From the NCBI GenBank assembly GCA_044351795.1, contig JBILFA010000001.1, positions 28,094-92,093 on the forward strand: a stretch of 64,000 nucleotides of DNA. Reading direction: 5' to 3'. Position numbers and translations under genes: made by a program. Each line of letters opens with the position of its first letter. Positions within the stretch are counted from its first letter, which is position 1. Source of the stretch: Bdellovibrionota bacterium. Its GTDB lineage: Bacteria; Bdellovibrionota_C; UBA2361; OMII01. Below, one piece after another: positions 1-10,965 of the stretch. The notes beneath the pieces were generated by a model. It had not been told where the DNA came from, made no database searches, and worked only from the letters and a program-made list of their open reading frames with translations.

Positions 1-12
1 GAGAATGGTCCA

Positions 13-735
13 ATGCGAGGTCATACGTCGATGATGTTTGAGCGAATCGTCGGCTCGGACAATCGCAAATCCCTCTCGCAGAAAGTAGTACTCGATGTAG
101 GAGTGGGGGCTGGCCGGTTTGCGGACGTGGTGGTCAGAGCCGGAGGAAAGGTAATTGGGATTGACTTGAGCAGCGCCGTAGAGGTGGCGCGTAAGAATCT
201 CCCTAATGAAGAAAATTGCCTAATCTGTCAGGCTGATGCCCTTAATCTTCCAATTCGTAGCGAGGCTGTGGATGCGGCATACAGTATAGGGGTGCTTCAT
301 CATACGCCGAGCCCGTTTAGCGGACTTTCAGAGATGTTTCGCGCAGTAAAACGCGGCGGATGGTGCGCTCTAGCCGTATATCAAAAGGGTGGGTACTACG
401 ATTCGCTGCGTGTGAAAGTGTGGCGAACCATATTTCGAGGGCTCGCTCGCTTTACTAAACAAGATATTGCTCCCTACGCCTACGCCCATTTCGTGGCTCG
501 GTATCTCTACCGGCCCTCCTTCGTGCCCGTACTGGGTCATACAATTCGAGGCATCTTTCCTTCCGTTCGCTTACCTGATGAACGTTGGAGGATTCTAGAT
601 ACGTTCGACAGTGTGACCCCAGCGTACCAGTCTGCTCATACTGGTGCAGAAGTACGTTCGTGGTTCGAACAGATAGGCGCTAATAAGATTTATCAGTCTG
701 ATTGGGGCTCCAGCACATGGCGCGGCGTGAAATGA
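13..735 (+). CDS. class I SAM-dependent methyltransferase
   Basis: Glycine-rich SAM-binding motif VLDVGVGAGRF, then acidic residue GIDLS; typical MTase type 11 fold. Start at window edge may be approximate. Confidence 0.65.
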   Translation: MRGHTSMMFERIVGSDNRKSLSQKVVLDVGVGAGRFADVVVRAGGKVIGIDLSSAVEVARKNLPNEENCLICQADALNLPIRSEAVDAAYSIGVLHHTPSPFSGLSEMFRAVKRGGWCALAVYQKGGYYDSLRVKVWRTIFRGLARFTKQDIAPYAYAHFVARYLYRPSFVPVLGHTIRGIFPSVRLPDERWRILDTFDSVTPAYQSAHTGAEVRSWFEQIGANKIYQSDWGSSTWRGVK

Positions 736-744
736 GGTCAGGGC

Positions 745-1698
745 ATGACTAGGCCCCTATGCTCGGTCGTTATGAGTGTCCGGGACGAATCCCCTGACTT
801 CCTTAGATGCAGTGTTCGATCGATATTAGAGCAATCATTCCGAGAGTTTGAGTTCATCCTTATTGACGATGGTTCCTCTAGTCCTGCTTGTCTGGAGGGC
901 CTTGACGAGATAGGTGGATGGGATAACCGGCTCGTTACTTATCGACGAGAGAAGAGCGGACTGTCGGAATCATTGAACTTTGCCGTTTCTAAAGCTCAGG
1001 GGCAGATAATAGTCCGGCAAGATTCCGATGATTGGTCTAGCCCTGATCGAGTGGTGGAGTTGATCAATCATTTCAATACCCATCCTGAGCTGGTGTTAGT
1101 TGGATCATTTTGGAGGGCCTACAATTCCCGTACCCAACCGTTATGGGATGTAAAGCTACCCGTCTCCTACCTGGATATTGTCCGATCGCTCCCGCACTGT
1201 AATCCCTTCTGCCATGGTTCAGTCGCGTTTCGGCGAGAGGCTTTCATGAGATTGGGAGGATATCGTGCCCAGTGTGTACGCTCTCAAGACTATGACCTTT
1301 TTTGGAGGATGACGGAAATTGGTCAAGCAGAAAACCTGTCAAGATACTTATATCATCGGCGCTATAGTTCTCATTCAGTGACTTGCCGAGATAGCGAGGG
1401 ACAATTGATCGCTACTCGGGCCATCCGAACGCTGGCTCGGATGCGCGCGGAGCAAGGCTCGGAAAATATCCGTGAGGCCTTCAAGCAGGCAGCGGCGTCG
1501 GTGACTGATAAGGATCGAGTCTACTGCGCCCTGACGAAGGCTGATATGCTGCTACTTGCAGGTCATTCCAACGAAGCCTTGAGCTTGTTTTTTCGTATCT
1601 TTACGAAGAGCTTGTCGCTCCGTGCTTTTGGCAAGCTTGGGCGGGGGCTGATAGTTGCTCTGCTAGGAGGACGTTGGGCCAGATTCTTCTTTTCATGA
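745..1698 (+). CDS. family 2 glycosyltransferase
   Basis: N-terminal GT-A signature VVMSVRD...FILIDDGSS (DxD-like DDG), about 10 nt after the upstream stop (operon). Confidence 0.7.
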   Translation: MTRPLCSVVMSVRDESPDFLRCSVRSILEQSFREFEFILIDDGSSSPACLEGLDEIGGWDNRLVTYRREKSGLSESLNFAVSKAQGQIIVRQDSDDWSSPDRVVELINHFNTHPELVLVGSFWRAYNSRTQPLWDVKLPVSYLDIVRSLPHCNPFCHGSVAFRREAFMRLGGYRAQCVRSQDYDLFWRMTEIGQAENLSRYLYHRRYSSHSVTCRDSEGQLIATRAIRTLARMRAEQGSENIREAFKQAAASVTDKDRVYCALTKADMLLLAGHSNEALSLFFRIFTKSLSLRAFGKLGRGLIVALLGGRWARFFFS

Positions 1699-1869
1699 GT
1701 CCTCCTACTTACTTCGTTCGTAACGGATGAGGGTTAAAGAGACGCTGTTATTATTCCGACTACAGGACTGACTGGGCGAAATAATGAGCATGCGCGATGA
1801 TGCCTATTCCGGATATGCCAACGACCTAGTATGTTCCGTTAAGCTGAAAGTTTTTGAGGAGTCAGACCA

Positions 1870-2802
1870 ATGCGCTTGCGAGGTTATTGTACGATATTGG
1901 TATGTTTGATAGCGTTTTCTATGCCTACACCGCTGCGGGCAGATGCAGTTGCTGACAAGTTTTACAGTAAAATAGCATCCCATTTTGGCCAGCCGTTGAC
2001 GGTAGACACCTATGATAAGGTTCGCCTTGTAGACTGGATGTACCGAAATCTTGAGCAGGATGGGATTTCACTAACCAAGGAAAACCTACCATTTCTGATG
2101 GCTACGGCTCTGAGGAACATGTACCTTAAGGCCTCAAGGAACGCCGCTGAGAGTGGGGTTGAAGTCTTTGATTTCGTGAAATCAAACCCCCAAGAGCCTA
2201 TCTGGGGACACTGCGGCACCAGCTCGGATTTCCTACTAAAAGTTTTCACGATATTTGAGGTTGGCGTAAGACCGATAAGTCTGTTCAATTATGTTCGCGA
2301 TGGTCATGTCGCTATAGAGTTCTTCTCGCAAATTCATGGGAAATTTGTCTACTACGATCCTCTGTATGGGGTGTTCACAGCTTACGACGATGGAACACCG
2401 GCCAGTGTTGACGATTTGCAAGAGCAAGTTTCAGAGTTTGGGTTTGCGTACAGGTCGTGGCTAATTAAGCCAGTGAAAGTGTACGGGCTGTTCTCAAGCG
2501 CCCCCCGTCGCTCAGTTAACTCGACTTACGAGCAGTACGATTCCTTGAACTACTCCTGGGGAATCTTTAGAAGCTATTTGAATCTTGTCGCTGTTAGGAG
2601 AACTGACACGACGTTTCTAAAGCAAGACATTGATCCGCAGAATCCGACCATACGTGGGCGATGGACCGTTTACGACAACTTGGACATAGCCGATGTATCA
2701 CCTCAATGGCGAGCCGCGGTTAGGAGCGAGTTTAAGGCGACTTTCGATGCCGCTTCTCAGGGTAGGTATCATCTCAATTTTCTAAGAGGCGTACGAAAGT
2801 AA
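1870..2802 (+). CDS. hypothetical secreted protein
   Basis: N-terminal hydrophobic signal-like segment (CTILVCLIAFSMPTPLRADA); no recognisable catalytic motif. Confidence 0.4.
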   Translation: MRLRGYCTILVCLIAFSMPTPLRADAVADKFYSKIASHFGQPLTVDTYDKVRLVDWMYRNLEQDGISLTKENLPFLMATALRNMYLKASRNAAESGVEVFDFVKSNPQEPIWGHCGTSSDFLLKVFTIFEVGVRPISLFNYVRDGHVAIEFFSQIHGKFVYYDPLYGVFTAYDDGTPASVDDLQEQVSEFGFAYRSWLIKPVKVYGLFSSAPRRSVNSTYEQYDSLNYSWGIFRSYLNLVAVRRTDTTFLKQDIDPQNPTIRGRWTVYDNLDIADVSPQWRAAVRSEFKATFDAASQGRYHLNFLRGVRK

Positions 2803-2862
2803 GCGATTGGACTGCTACGGTGAAACTTCGAGCTAGCAGTGCCAAAGTAGTTTTGCAGATTC

Positions 2863-3423
2863 TCAAATAGTCCTTGATCCCCGCGAGGTTAATTTTCTCG
2901 CGGGTACTCCGACGTATACACCAAATGGAGTTAGATTTTTAGTGACTACCGAACCAGCTCCAATTACCACACCCTTTCCCACTGTGACGCCATCCAGAAT
3001 GCGAACGCCAGCTCCTATCCAGACGTCTGCCCCTATAATTATTCCCTTACATTTAAGGCCTTGATCTTGAATAGGTATTTCCGGCGACTGATAGCAGTGA
3101 TTAGCGGGTATTATTATCGAGTGACAAGCAATCAGAGTGTTATCACCAATATGTAGACCTCCATGGCCATATAGGACCGAATAGGGATTAATCCCTACGC
3201 GATTACCTATGACCACGTTACCACCATACGCTGCGATTATAACGCCCGGCATAATCGTACAATCGCTTCCGATGACAATTCTACCGCCATCGTTCGCGAT
3301 AAGTTGAGCGTTGGGGCAAATACAGGTTCGTTCGCCAATGGTTACGTCACCGACGATCGTCGCGCGCCTACTCGTGTATTTACAGCCGAAACGCCTCAAA
3401 ATTCGAGCGAAACTTGGAATCAC
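2863..3423 (-). CDS. hexapeptide-repeat (LbH) acetyltransferase
   Basis: Repeated [LIV]-G-x-x-x-x hexapeptides (IGERTCI, IGSDCTI, IGNRVGI, IGDNTLI, IGAGVRI), typical of sugar O-acetyltransferases. Confidence 0.7.
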   Translation of the reverse strand: MIPSFARILRRFGCKYTSRRATIVGDVTIGERTCICPNAQLIANDGGRIVIGSDCTIMPGVIIAAYGGNVVIGNRVGINPYSVLYGHGGLHIGDNTLIACHSIIIPANHCYQSPEIPIQDQGLKCKGIIIGADVWIGAGVRILDGVTVGKGVVIGAGSVVTKNLTPFGVYVGVPARKLTSRGSRTI

Positions 3424-3481
3424 GTCCTCCTTAGCCTCCCCAATATAATGACCTGGCGCACGCAGCTACCTCCACACGAGT

Positions 3482-4531
3482 TCACATTAAGGCCTCTAAC
3501 TTGGATGGTTTCCTGAGGATGTAATAAACAGTTTCGGTAACATATTTGTTTATCGGCGAGACACGCAAGAGCCATGGAAATAATCTGGCAAAAGCATCAG
3601 AGGGCCAAATCTCTTCTACTATTAAGCCCGATGACTGCAGCATTTGCTCGAACTCAATGAAGCTGATTTTATTCAACTGAATCTCTTCGCCATCAGAAAG
3701 GCTTTCTATTCGACAACCTGAACGAAAAAATCGTGCTTTTCCAGCTGCCTGATCCTGCGCAAGTTTTTGAGACCAATACCGACATAAGCTGTGCTCGTTC
3801 ACTACCCATGGGGCCCAGGGAAAGTGGATGTAGGGGAATAGGTGGTGACCTCCCTGATTGTGAAAAAAGTTGAATGACAGGACACAAATTCCATCAGGCT
3901 TTAGAACTCGCGCCACTTCCCTCAAAGCAGTAGGAGGGTCGGAGAGATGTTCGAAAACAGTATGAGAAAACACGGTATCCAAAGAACTAGTTTCGACGGG
4001 AATCCCGTAGGCGGACCCGCATATTACTTTCGCCCTTTCCGCAAACGGCTCTAGAATACTTTCAGCAAATGCCGCTTTGTCACGCTGATATTCCAGCGCT
4101 GTTACATGGGTAGCACCAGCTTCAAGCAAAGCACGACTGAATTGTCCAAGCCCTGCCCCAAGATCCAGTATTTTCTTTTCGATTAGCCAATCTCTGCTAT
4201 CCAAAAGATCTTTGTAAGTCGTAAGATCTCCCGGGAATGCTCGAATGTAGTTATCGTAGCTCAAAAAAATTTCATCGTCGTACTCGCGAGGGAAAATAAG
4301 ATTTCCCAAGTCAATCAAGAAACTATCAGCGATTGCCCTACCAAGCACAAACCGAAACGGGATTAAAGCGATCAACTTCAGAGAAAGCCACCTGACGTAC
4401 CGAGACAATCTTGCAAATATTCTTAGACACAACATGACGATGCGACTTGACTCCGCGACTACGAGCAACCTGATGAGACTACAAAAAACTTCCTCTCCAA
4501 CAAAATCTTCCTCTCCGAATACATCTGACAA
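3482..4531 (-). CDS. class I SAM-dependent methyltransferase
   Basis: Motif ILDLGAGLGQFSRALLEAGATHVTALE (MTase motif I) in the C-terminal half. N-terminal extension may be over-called by the ORF finder. Confidence 0.55.
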   Translation of the reverse strand: MSDVFGEEDFVGEEVFCSLIRLLVVAESSRIVMLCLRIFARLSRYVRWLSLKLIALIPFRFVLGRAIADSFLIDLGNLIFPREYDDEIFLSYDNYIRAFPGDLTTYKDLLDSRDWLIEKKILDLGAGLGQFSRALLEAGATHVTALEYQRDKAAFAESILEPFAERAKVICGSAYGIPVETSSLDTVFSHTVFEHLSDPPTALREVARVLKPDGICVLSFNFFHNQGGHHLFPYIHFPWAPWVVNEHSLCRYWSQKLAQDQAAGKARFFRSGCRIESLSDGEEIQLNKISFIEFEQMLQSSGLIVEEIWPSDAFARLFPWLLRVSPINKYVTETVYYILRKPSKLEALM

Positions 4532-4587
4532 CCAGGAAAATATCGATTGTCAAATACTCGCAAGACTACTCACGAAACTTATCCATG

Positions 4588-5925
4588 TCACGGAGTACTG
4601 GATCTAAACTTCCATGAGATGATTATACAAAGAGCAGCTTGTAAGAAAACTGCACTTGTGTACGTCCATACGAGAACCTTTGGCCCTAAAGGCTCGAAAC
4701 AGAGTCCATTGACGAGCATCTGCAGAAGCCAGCCCACTGAGTAGATCCAGCCAATAATATAGCGACCCCCGCTATTTAAAGCAGGAGCTAGAACGGTCCA
4801 GAGTAGTACGGCAGGGATGAGCGAGAGCACGAGAGGCCGCCCGAATTCAACCACCCGAGCGCTAGCTTTAGCATCGAATAATCCGCCACCAAACAACAAG
4901 CTGACCAAATCAGGAAGCCATATCATAATCACTAAAGAAGCAGCCCCACTGAACACAACCGCGAGAACGATATCTGTGCGAAGAGTATGCCATCGTTGAG
5001 CCTCGTTGCCTGCGGCAACGAATCGACTATCTCTTAGAGTATTCCTGAAATTGAGCATCCTGCCGATGACCAGAGACAAAGGTCCGATAAGGGCCAAAGC
5101 GAATGAAATAGAGGCGACTACTTCTACTCCTCCGAGAGTAGCAAACCGTTTCATGTAAATTGAATTCGCAATAGCTACCACAGATGCAATGCTTAATCCT
5201 ATCGAAACTTTCAGAAACTCCCGGAGTTCACTGTTAAATGAGATGTGCATCTGATAGCGAAAGTTAAGATATCGTCGAGCCAGCCAATACTGGACAATCA
5301 TCCCTCCACCACTGGTGATCAAAAGTAGAAGCCCAACTTGAGTCATCTGCGGAACAGACCAACTTACGAAGAGATAGGCAGCTGTGGTGAGCCGTGAGAC
5401 GCATAACGGGACTTCGCCAACGATCGGAACCATATGTGCCGTGAAGAGTGCCCCAAAGAGGGTTCCCAGCCCGAGAGTCAGAGTCAATGGCAGAGTGAGA
5501 ATCAGCAGCTCACGAGTTATCGACTGGCCAGACTCAGTCAAGCCTGGCGCCAACCAGCCGACCAGCAGAGGGAGGAAGAAGTAGGCAGTAACGAGTGCAG
5601 CACACGAACATATGAGCGAGATGTTAATAAGTGAGTTGGCTAAGTCTGACTCGTCCCTATTGCCTTTCAAACTAAGTCGAGCGAGTTGCGCTGCTAGTAT
5701 TCCGTGGAGAAAGGTAAAACCGCTGATATTCATAACATAGAAAGGGACCGAAAAGGCGATGTCGAAAGCGCTAGCTGCTTCAGATAACCCATATTTTGTC
5801 CCAATCGCACGTAAAAGCAGGAAGCCGGAGAGGGAATTTAGGACTATCTGAGCAGTATATAGAGATTGCCTCATGATTATTACCTGCTCATTCGCCGGGG
5901 TGGTTGTCTCATAATTACCGCTCAA
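4588..5925 (-). CDS. polysaccharide biosynthesis protein / oligosaccharide flippase (Wzx-like, MOP superfamily)
   Basis: 445 aa with many predicted TM helices, in a glycosyltransferase cluster; pattern typical of Wzx/MATE-like flippases. Confidence 0.6.
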   Translation of the reverse strand: MSGNYETTTPANEQVIIMRQSLYTAQIVLNSLSGFLLLRAIGTKYGLSEAASAFDIAFSVPFYVMNISGFTFLHGILAAQLARLSLKGNRDESDLANSLINISLICSCAALVTAYFFLPLLVGWLAPGLTESGQSITRELLILTLPLTLTLGLGTLFGALFTAHMVPIVGEVPLCVSRLTTAAYLFVSWSVPQMTQVGLLLLITSGGGMIVQYWLARRYLNFRYQMHISFNSELREFLKVSIGLSIASVVAIANSIYMKRFATLGGVEVVASISFALALIGPLSLVIGRMLNFRNTLRDSRFVAAGNEAQRWHTLRTDIVLAVVFSGAASLVIMIWLPDLVSLLFGGGLFDAKASARVVEFGRPLVLSLIPAVLLWTVLAPALNSGGRYIIGWIYSVGWLLQMLVNGLCFEPLGPKVLVWTYTSAVFLQAALCIIISWKFRSSTP

Positions 5926-6134
5926 AGCGCGCCCAAGTCGCGCATTCCAACTACATACCGCTTTTCGTCTTTGAGTTTACAGACTGGAAATTATATACTT
6001 CTTTTTGAGGTGTTCGGTAATCCCGCTGAAGAAGATAAAAATACTTCCTAATTAGCTTAATCTTAAAGACGTTCAGTTTCAGGTGAAGTGACACGGTGGC
6101 ATGTTAGCATCAATGGATATATGCTGGCTGTTGT

Positions 6135-7436
6135 ATGCGAATCTGGCTAATGACTGTTGGGGAACCTGTTCCAACGGATGGGAAAAATCCCCGCTATTTG
6201 CGAACCGGCTTATTGGCGCGGCGGCTTGTACACGAGGGGCACAACGTAACTTGGTGGTCTTCGACATTTAATCATGTCACAAAGACGCACCGCTTCAACG
6301 AAGAAGCTACCGTGGACTTGACTCCCACTTATCGGCTGATTCTTCTGCACGGTCGCTCCTACCCTCGAAACATATCTTTTAGTCGCATCAGGAACCATAG
6401 AGAGACCGCACATGCCTTCAAAAAACGTGCGAACGAGGAAATACCCCCTGACGTGATTTTGTGCTCATTCCCAACCATCGAATTGAGTGAAGAAGCAACA
6501 GCATACGGGAAGAAACAAGCAGTTCCCGTGTTCTTGGATGTTAGAGATCTGTGGCCTGATATTCTGCTTGATATTATCCCTCGTCCGCTGCGGTCGCTAG
6601 CGAGGATTCCACTGTGGTCTCTTTTCGGCTCGACTCGACGTGCCTTTCGCGATTGTGCCGGTATCATTGGCATCTCCAATTCATATCTTGAATTCGGTCT
6701 TAGATATGCTCATCGGACCAAACAATCCTCTGACTGGGTAATTCCCTTGGGGTATGAGCCCCCACTAATAACGTCCGCAGACGCTCAATGTGGAGCGATT
6801 AGGTTGGGAGCGATGGGTATCGACTGCTCTCGGCCTATAGTGTGGTTTATCGGAAGTTTCGGTCGAACTTATGATCTTTCAACGGTAATCGCGACTGCCA
6901 AGATGTTTAAGCAGGGGGATACCAATTCTCCGCTTTTTGTCCTGAGTGGAGAGGGGGATTGCGGGGAAGCCTGGAGACGTGAGGCCGCAGGGGTTGACAA
7001 TGTCATATTCACGGGATGGATCGATGGCGTTGAACTGCACTGGCTGCGAAATCGAGCCACAATCGGTTTAGCTGCGTATGCTAGATCTGCACCTCAAAGC
7101 CTTCCCAATAAAATTTTTGAGTACCTATCGGCAGGGATTCCTGTGCTGTCGAGCCTTGAGGGGGAAGCAAAAGTCCTACTAGCATCTCAAGAACTCGGCT
7201 TGAGCTATCGCGCTGGAGATCCGGAGGACCTGCATGACAAATTGTTGGTCTACTTGAGGGACGGGGATAAAAGGCGTGAAGCGTCCCTTAATTGCGTTCG
7301 TATATTTGATGAGTGCTTTTCATCCGAGATAGTTTATGGTCAGTTCACTGAGTGCCTACAGTCTGCTTGCTGTAGGAATACCGAGAGCCTTCAAGACCCT
7401 AAACCAGCCTCGATTGATTCACTTTTCAAAAGATAG
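6135..7436 (+). CDS. family 4 glycosyltransferase (GT-B, Glycos_transf_1)
   Basis: C-terminal GT1/GT4 domain pattern (FTGWIDGVELHWLRNRATIGLAAY...IFEYLSAGIPVLSS, EX7E-like). Confidence 0.7.
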   Translation: MRIWLMTVGEPVPTDGKNPRYLRTGLLARRLVHEGHNVTWWSSTFNHVTKTHRFNEEATVDLTPTYRLILLHGRSYPRNISFSRIRNHRETAHAFKKRANEEIPPDVILCSFPTIELSEEATAYGKKQAVPVFLDVRDLWPDILLDIIPRPLRSLARIPLWSLFGSTRRAFRDCAGIIGISNSYLEFGLRYAHRTKQSSDWVIPLGYEPPLITSADAQCGAIRLGAMGIDCSRPIVWFIGSFGRTYDLSTVIATAKMFKQGDTNSPLFVLSGEGDCGEAWRREAAGVDNVIFTGWIDGVELHWLRNRATIGLAAYARSAPQSLPNKIFEYLSAGIPVLSSLEGEAKVLLASQELGLSYRAGDPEDLHDKLLVYLRDGDKRREASLNCVRIFDECFSSEIVYGQFTECLQSACCRNTESLQDPKPASIDSLFKR

Positions 7437-7617
7437 GAAGTAACTAGGCAGCACCAATCGGAACGGAGCGGGGGAACAATTTCGCCTCGACACAGCGGAG
7501 CTGGTCGGTCTTGACAAAACCCCGAACGAATGGTCCCCTGCTCTAAGGGCTGCTCATATTGATTTTCAAGTCTCGGACAGGCCCCTAGGCCTGTGAACAT
7601 CAATAACGACCTCACCC

Positions 7618-8727
7618 ATGAAAAGAAAACTTGCACTAAATTTGATTTTAAGGCGATACACACTGCTTCTACCGCTGTGTGGAGTCTTAGTAGCTTTGCT
7701 CATTTTTGAAACCTCCCTGAGGCTTCTCCTACCCGTCTCCTTTCATGAATGGATGGAATGGATCCCTGATGGCCATATCCAAGGTAGAGGCAAGCCTGAT
7801 TCATCATTTAAGACCGAGCATGGAAGCATAGTCTCTATCAATGCCCTCGGCTTTCGGGGACCAATGCCGACTCTTCTCCCGCAACAGGGGATATGTCGGA
7901 TAATTGTTTTGGGCGGTTCCGCTGCCTTTAGCTATCATGCACGCGGTGAAGAGCGAACTTGGGCCAAGGTTCTTGAGCAGAAACTCCAACGCGCAGAGGG
8001 GCCTCGAGTCGAAGTTGTTAATCTCGCCCTTCCCGGTTTCAATACCCGAACTCAATTAATCAATTACCTAATCCTTGCGAGGCGATTGAAGCCTCATGCT
8101 GTGGTTGTTTATGAGACATGGAACGATTTAAAGGCTTTGCGTGAGTTGGAGTCAGATCCTTTTTTCGGATCGACCGCTACTGTCGCAGACCATAACAAGC
8201 CGCTATGGCAAGTATTGGCTAGACACAGCCAGATTGCGTTACGTGTCCGAAATCTCTTGCTCACGATGCAACGTCGAAAGCGGGAAAATGTGTACACTTC
8301 ATTGGAGAAGGTCGGGCAGCGGGCGCATACGCCAATCATGCAAATAGCTCTCGATTCATTTTGGCAAAGCCGGAGGGATTTTATCTCTCTTCTGACAGAA
8401 GATGGTGTGCGCCCGATCTTTGTTTCTCAAGCAAATCTTGCTCATGGAGAAACCATACAGGACGCTTCGATGAGAGAGAGGATTGACAATGACTTAGTCG
8501 GGATGACCCTTCCTGTTTTGGTAGCTACGCTTGAAGGGTTGAGCCAAGAGGGTCGTCAATTATGCTCATTGGGTGGCTGCTTGTTCATCGATGCATACGG
8601 CTCGATGCCCCCGACATTGGAAAACTTCGAGGATCATGTTCATCTCACGGACAAAGGGGAAGATGTCCTGGGTACACTGATTGCTCAGCAAGCCGCCGAT
8701 GACATCCATCGGGCATGCCAAGACTGA
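7618..8727 (+). CDS. SGNH/GDSL hydrolase-family protein with N-terminal membrane anchor
   Basis: N-terminal TM helix; block I IVLGGSAAFSY (GDS-like Ser), block III ALPGFNT, block V DHVHLTDKG (DxxH). Possible polysaccharide O-acetyl esterase/transferase. Confidence 0.55.
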   Translation: MKRKLALNLILRRYTLLLPLCGVLVALLIFETSLRLLLPVSFHEWMEWIPDGHIQGRGKPDSSFKTEHGSIVSINALGFRGPMPTLLPQQGICRIIVLGGSAAFSYHARGEERTWAKVLEQKLQRAEGPRVEVVNLALPGFNTRTQLINYLILARRLKPHAVVVYETWNDLKALRELESDPFFGSTATVADHNKPLWQVLARHSQIALRVRNLLLTMQRRKRENVYTSLEKVGQRAHTPIMQIALDSFWQSRRDFISLLTEDGVRPIFVSQANLAHGETIQDASMRERIDNDLVGMTLPVLVATLEGLSQEGRQLCSLGGCLFIDAYGSMPPTLENFEDHVHLTDKGEDVLGTLIAQQAADDIHRACQD

Positions 8728-10640
8728 AACATCAAGACATCCCAAAGACACAGGGACTGGTCTGATTCCCCAGAAATGTGGCGGTTCCAGAGTGCGAGAA
8801 TGGTGCGCTCATTGAGAAAACCCGTAGACTGTAGGGCTGTGGTAGAGAGTAGCTCTTCAGCCCAGTCGCGTAGGCCGTTACGCAACCAATCCCCGATAGG
8901 CATAGAAAACCCTACCTTCGGCCGTTCGATCATCTCGCGGGGCAGAAACTTGTGGAGAGCGAGCTTGAGCAATCGCTTTGAAGTCTGAGAATCAGCTTTG
9001 TATCGCAACGGTAAGCCCAGGAAAAATTCGACCAGGTGATGGTCCAAATACGGCTCGCGTGCCTCTAGACCAACGGCCATACTGGCGCGATCTACTTTCA
9101 CCAACAAATCATCCGGTAAGTAAGTTTGAAGATCGAAGAGCGTCATAGCCTCTGCGATATTAAAGCGCTCTAGCTCCTCAGAAGGGACTAAAGTACAAGG
9201 GCCTCTCGCTCCAAAATCATCTGCCAAAGGCGATTGGTGCCAATGGTTCATGAGCAGGTGGCAGAAGTTCTGTTTGTTGCGTGCGGCCAAGAGCGGAGCG
9301 AATCGCTCAAGTCGCTCTCCAAGAGATCGTCGCCCACGTCCGACACCACTCGAAAAGGGGAGTAATTTTCTAAAAGTATCCTGAGGTAGTCTTCTCACTG
9401 TTGCAGCCAATGAGGCTCGCAACCAACGGGGCACCATGTGGAAATAGGGCCACAATCTAGCGGCTGTTGCATATCTGGTGTAACCCAAGCAGAGCTCGTC
9501 TCCTCCGTCCCCCGAAAGTGCGACCGTGACATGCTGTCGAGCCAAACGGGAGACGAGAAACGTCGGTATTTGAGACGAGTCTGCAAAAGGCTCATCCCAA
9601 AGCTCAGCGAGGTGGGGCACTACATCGTAAGCATCCCTGTCTGAGATGTAGAGCTCCTCGTGAGATGCTCCAAGATGCCGCGCTATCGCACGAGCGTAAG
9701 GAGCTTCATCGTACATTGGGTTAGCTGAACCAATCGTAAACGTCCGGATTGGAGTTGAAGATACGGTCTGCATCGCTGCGGCTAGGAGGCTCGAATCTAT
9801 ACCGCCAGATAGAAATACGCCTAGGGGAACGTCAGCTATTGTCCTGAGTGAGATCGACTCCTTGAAGAGCTCCATGAAGCGCTCTACCGCCTCAGACTCG
9901 CTACCCTGAAAGGTTTCTGCTTTAGCGCGTTCTGTAGCATGGCGAACCGACCAGTACCTGCGATACCGAGTTTGTTGGCCGTTTTCGGAAAACCAGTCCG
10001 GGGGAGAGGCAAACTCATCATATTGGACCGTGAGTATGCTCCCTGGTAGCAACTTGAACACGTTTTGAAAGATCGAATACGGTGCGGGCACGTTACAATA
10101 ATGGAAAAAATCGGCAACCGAGCGCGGCGAAATCCTCATGGAGGGACGAAAGAGATACCAGAGCGGTCTGAGGGTCGAGGCAAAAGCAAAGCTTCCATCG
10201 CACCAACCGAAATAGAGGGGTTTAACTCCAAGCCGGTCTCGCACCAAATGAAGAGTTCTTTCGACAGTATCCCACAAGCCGAATGCGAACATACCGCGAA
10301 ATGAGTTCACCGCCCGCTCTAAGCCCCATTCTTCTATAGCTGCCAACATCACAGCCGTATCAGATCTCAAGGAAAGTGCAGCTGAATCGAGCTGCTGTGC
10401 GATCGACCTGAAATTGTAAACCTCTCCATTGAACGTGATTACGTAACGCCCGGAAGCCGATATCATGGGTTGATGGCCAGAGGGGCTTAGATCAAGTATG
10501 GCTAGTCGTCTGTGGCCCAACTGCACGCTTGAGTCGCGCCACACGCCTCCTGAGTCCGGCCCACGTGAGCTTATGGTAGACAAAGCTACTTCAAATGAAT
10601 CAGTCTTTAGAGCTCCTGTTATGCCTAGGATTCCGCACAT
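8685..10640 (-). CDS. asnB: asparagine synthase (glutamine-hydrolysing), WbpS/AsnB-like amidotransferase
   Basis: Ntn start MCGILGITG; HRRLAILDLS; SGGIDSS PP-loop motif (LSGGIDSSLLAAA). The ORF finder's earlier ATG (10706) is probably not the real start; MCGILG begins at 10640. Confidence 0.8.
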   Translation of the reverse strand: MCGILGITGALKTDSFEVALSTISSRGPDSGGVWRDSSVQLGHRRLAILDLSPSGHQPMISASGRYVITFNGEVYNFRSIAQQLDSAALSLRSDTAVMLAAIEEWGLERAVNSFRGMFAFGLWDTVERTLHLVRDRLGVKPLYFGWCDGSFAFASTLRPLWYLFRPSMRISPRSVADFFHYCNVPAPYSIFQNVFKLLPGSILTVQYDEFASPPDWFSENGQQTRYRRYWSVRHATERAKAETFQGSESEAVERFMELFKESISLRTIADVPLGVFLSGGIDSSLLAAAMQTVSSTPIRTFTIGSANPMYDEAPYARAIARHLGASHEELYISDRDAYDVVPHLAELWDEPFADSSQIPTFLVSRLARQHVTVALSGDGGDELCLGYTRYATAARLWPYFHMVPRWLRASLAATVRRLPQDTFRKLLPFSSGVGRGRRSLGERLERFAPLLAARNKQNFCHLLMNHWHQSPLADDFGARGPCTLVPSEELERFNIAEAMTLFDLQTYLPDDLLVKVDRASMAVGLEAREPYLDHHLVEFFLGLPLRYKADSQTSKRLLKLALHKFLPREMIERPKVGFSMPIGDWLRNGLRDWAEELLSTTALQSTGFLNERTILALWNRHISGESDQSLCLWDVLMFQSWHARWMSSAAC

Positions 10641-10965
10641 CGATATCATGGTAAGCATATTCCATTGATTGCGCGATACCAAGTTTATAGATTGCTCTCG
10701 CATCAATGCTCGTCGGAAAAATCAGCTTGAAACACAGGATTTCCGCTTCATCAGCTACGCTCACGGGGCGAAGTATTCGCGAGGGGATGCGACCTGGCGG
10801 CGACAGACCGCCCCTAGAGTCCCCGACTCCACCTAAACAGCTTTTACCTTCAAATGCCAACCTCTGATTAATTGCGAAGTTGGAAGGTAACTCGCAGATT
10901 ACCCACGAGGCGTTACGGAATCTAAAAGACTGAAAGGCCCTATTCCCTGAAGTTCCTGCTTTATC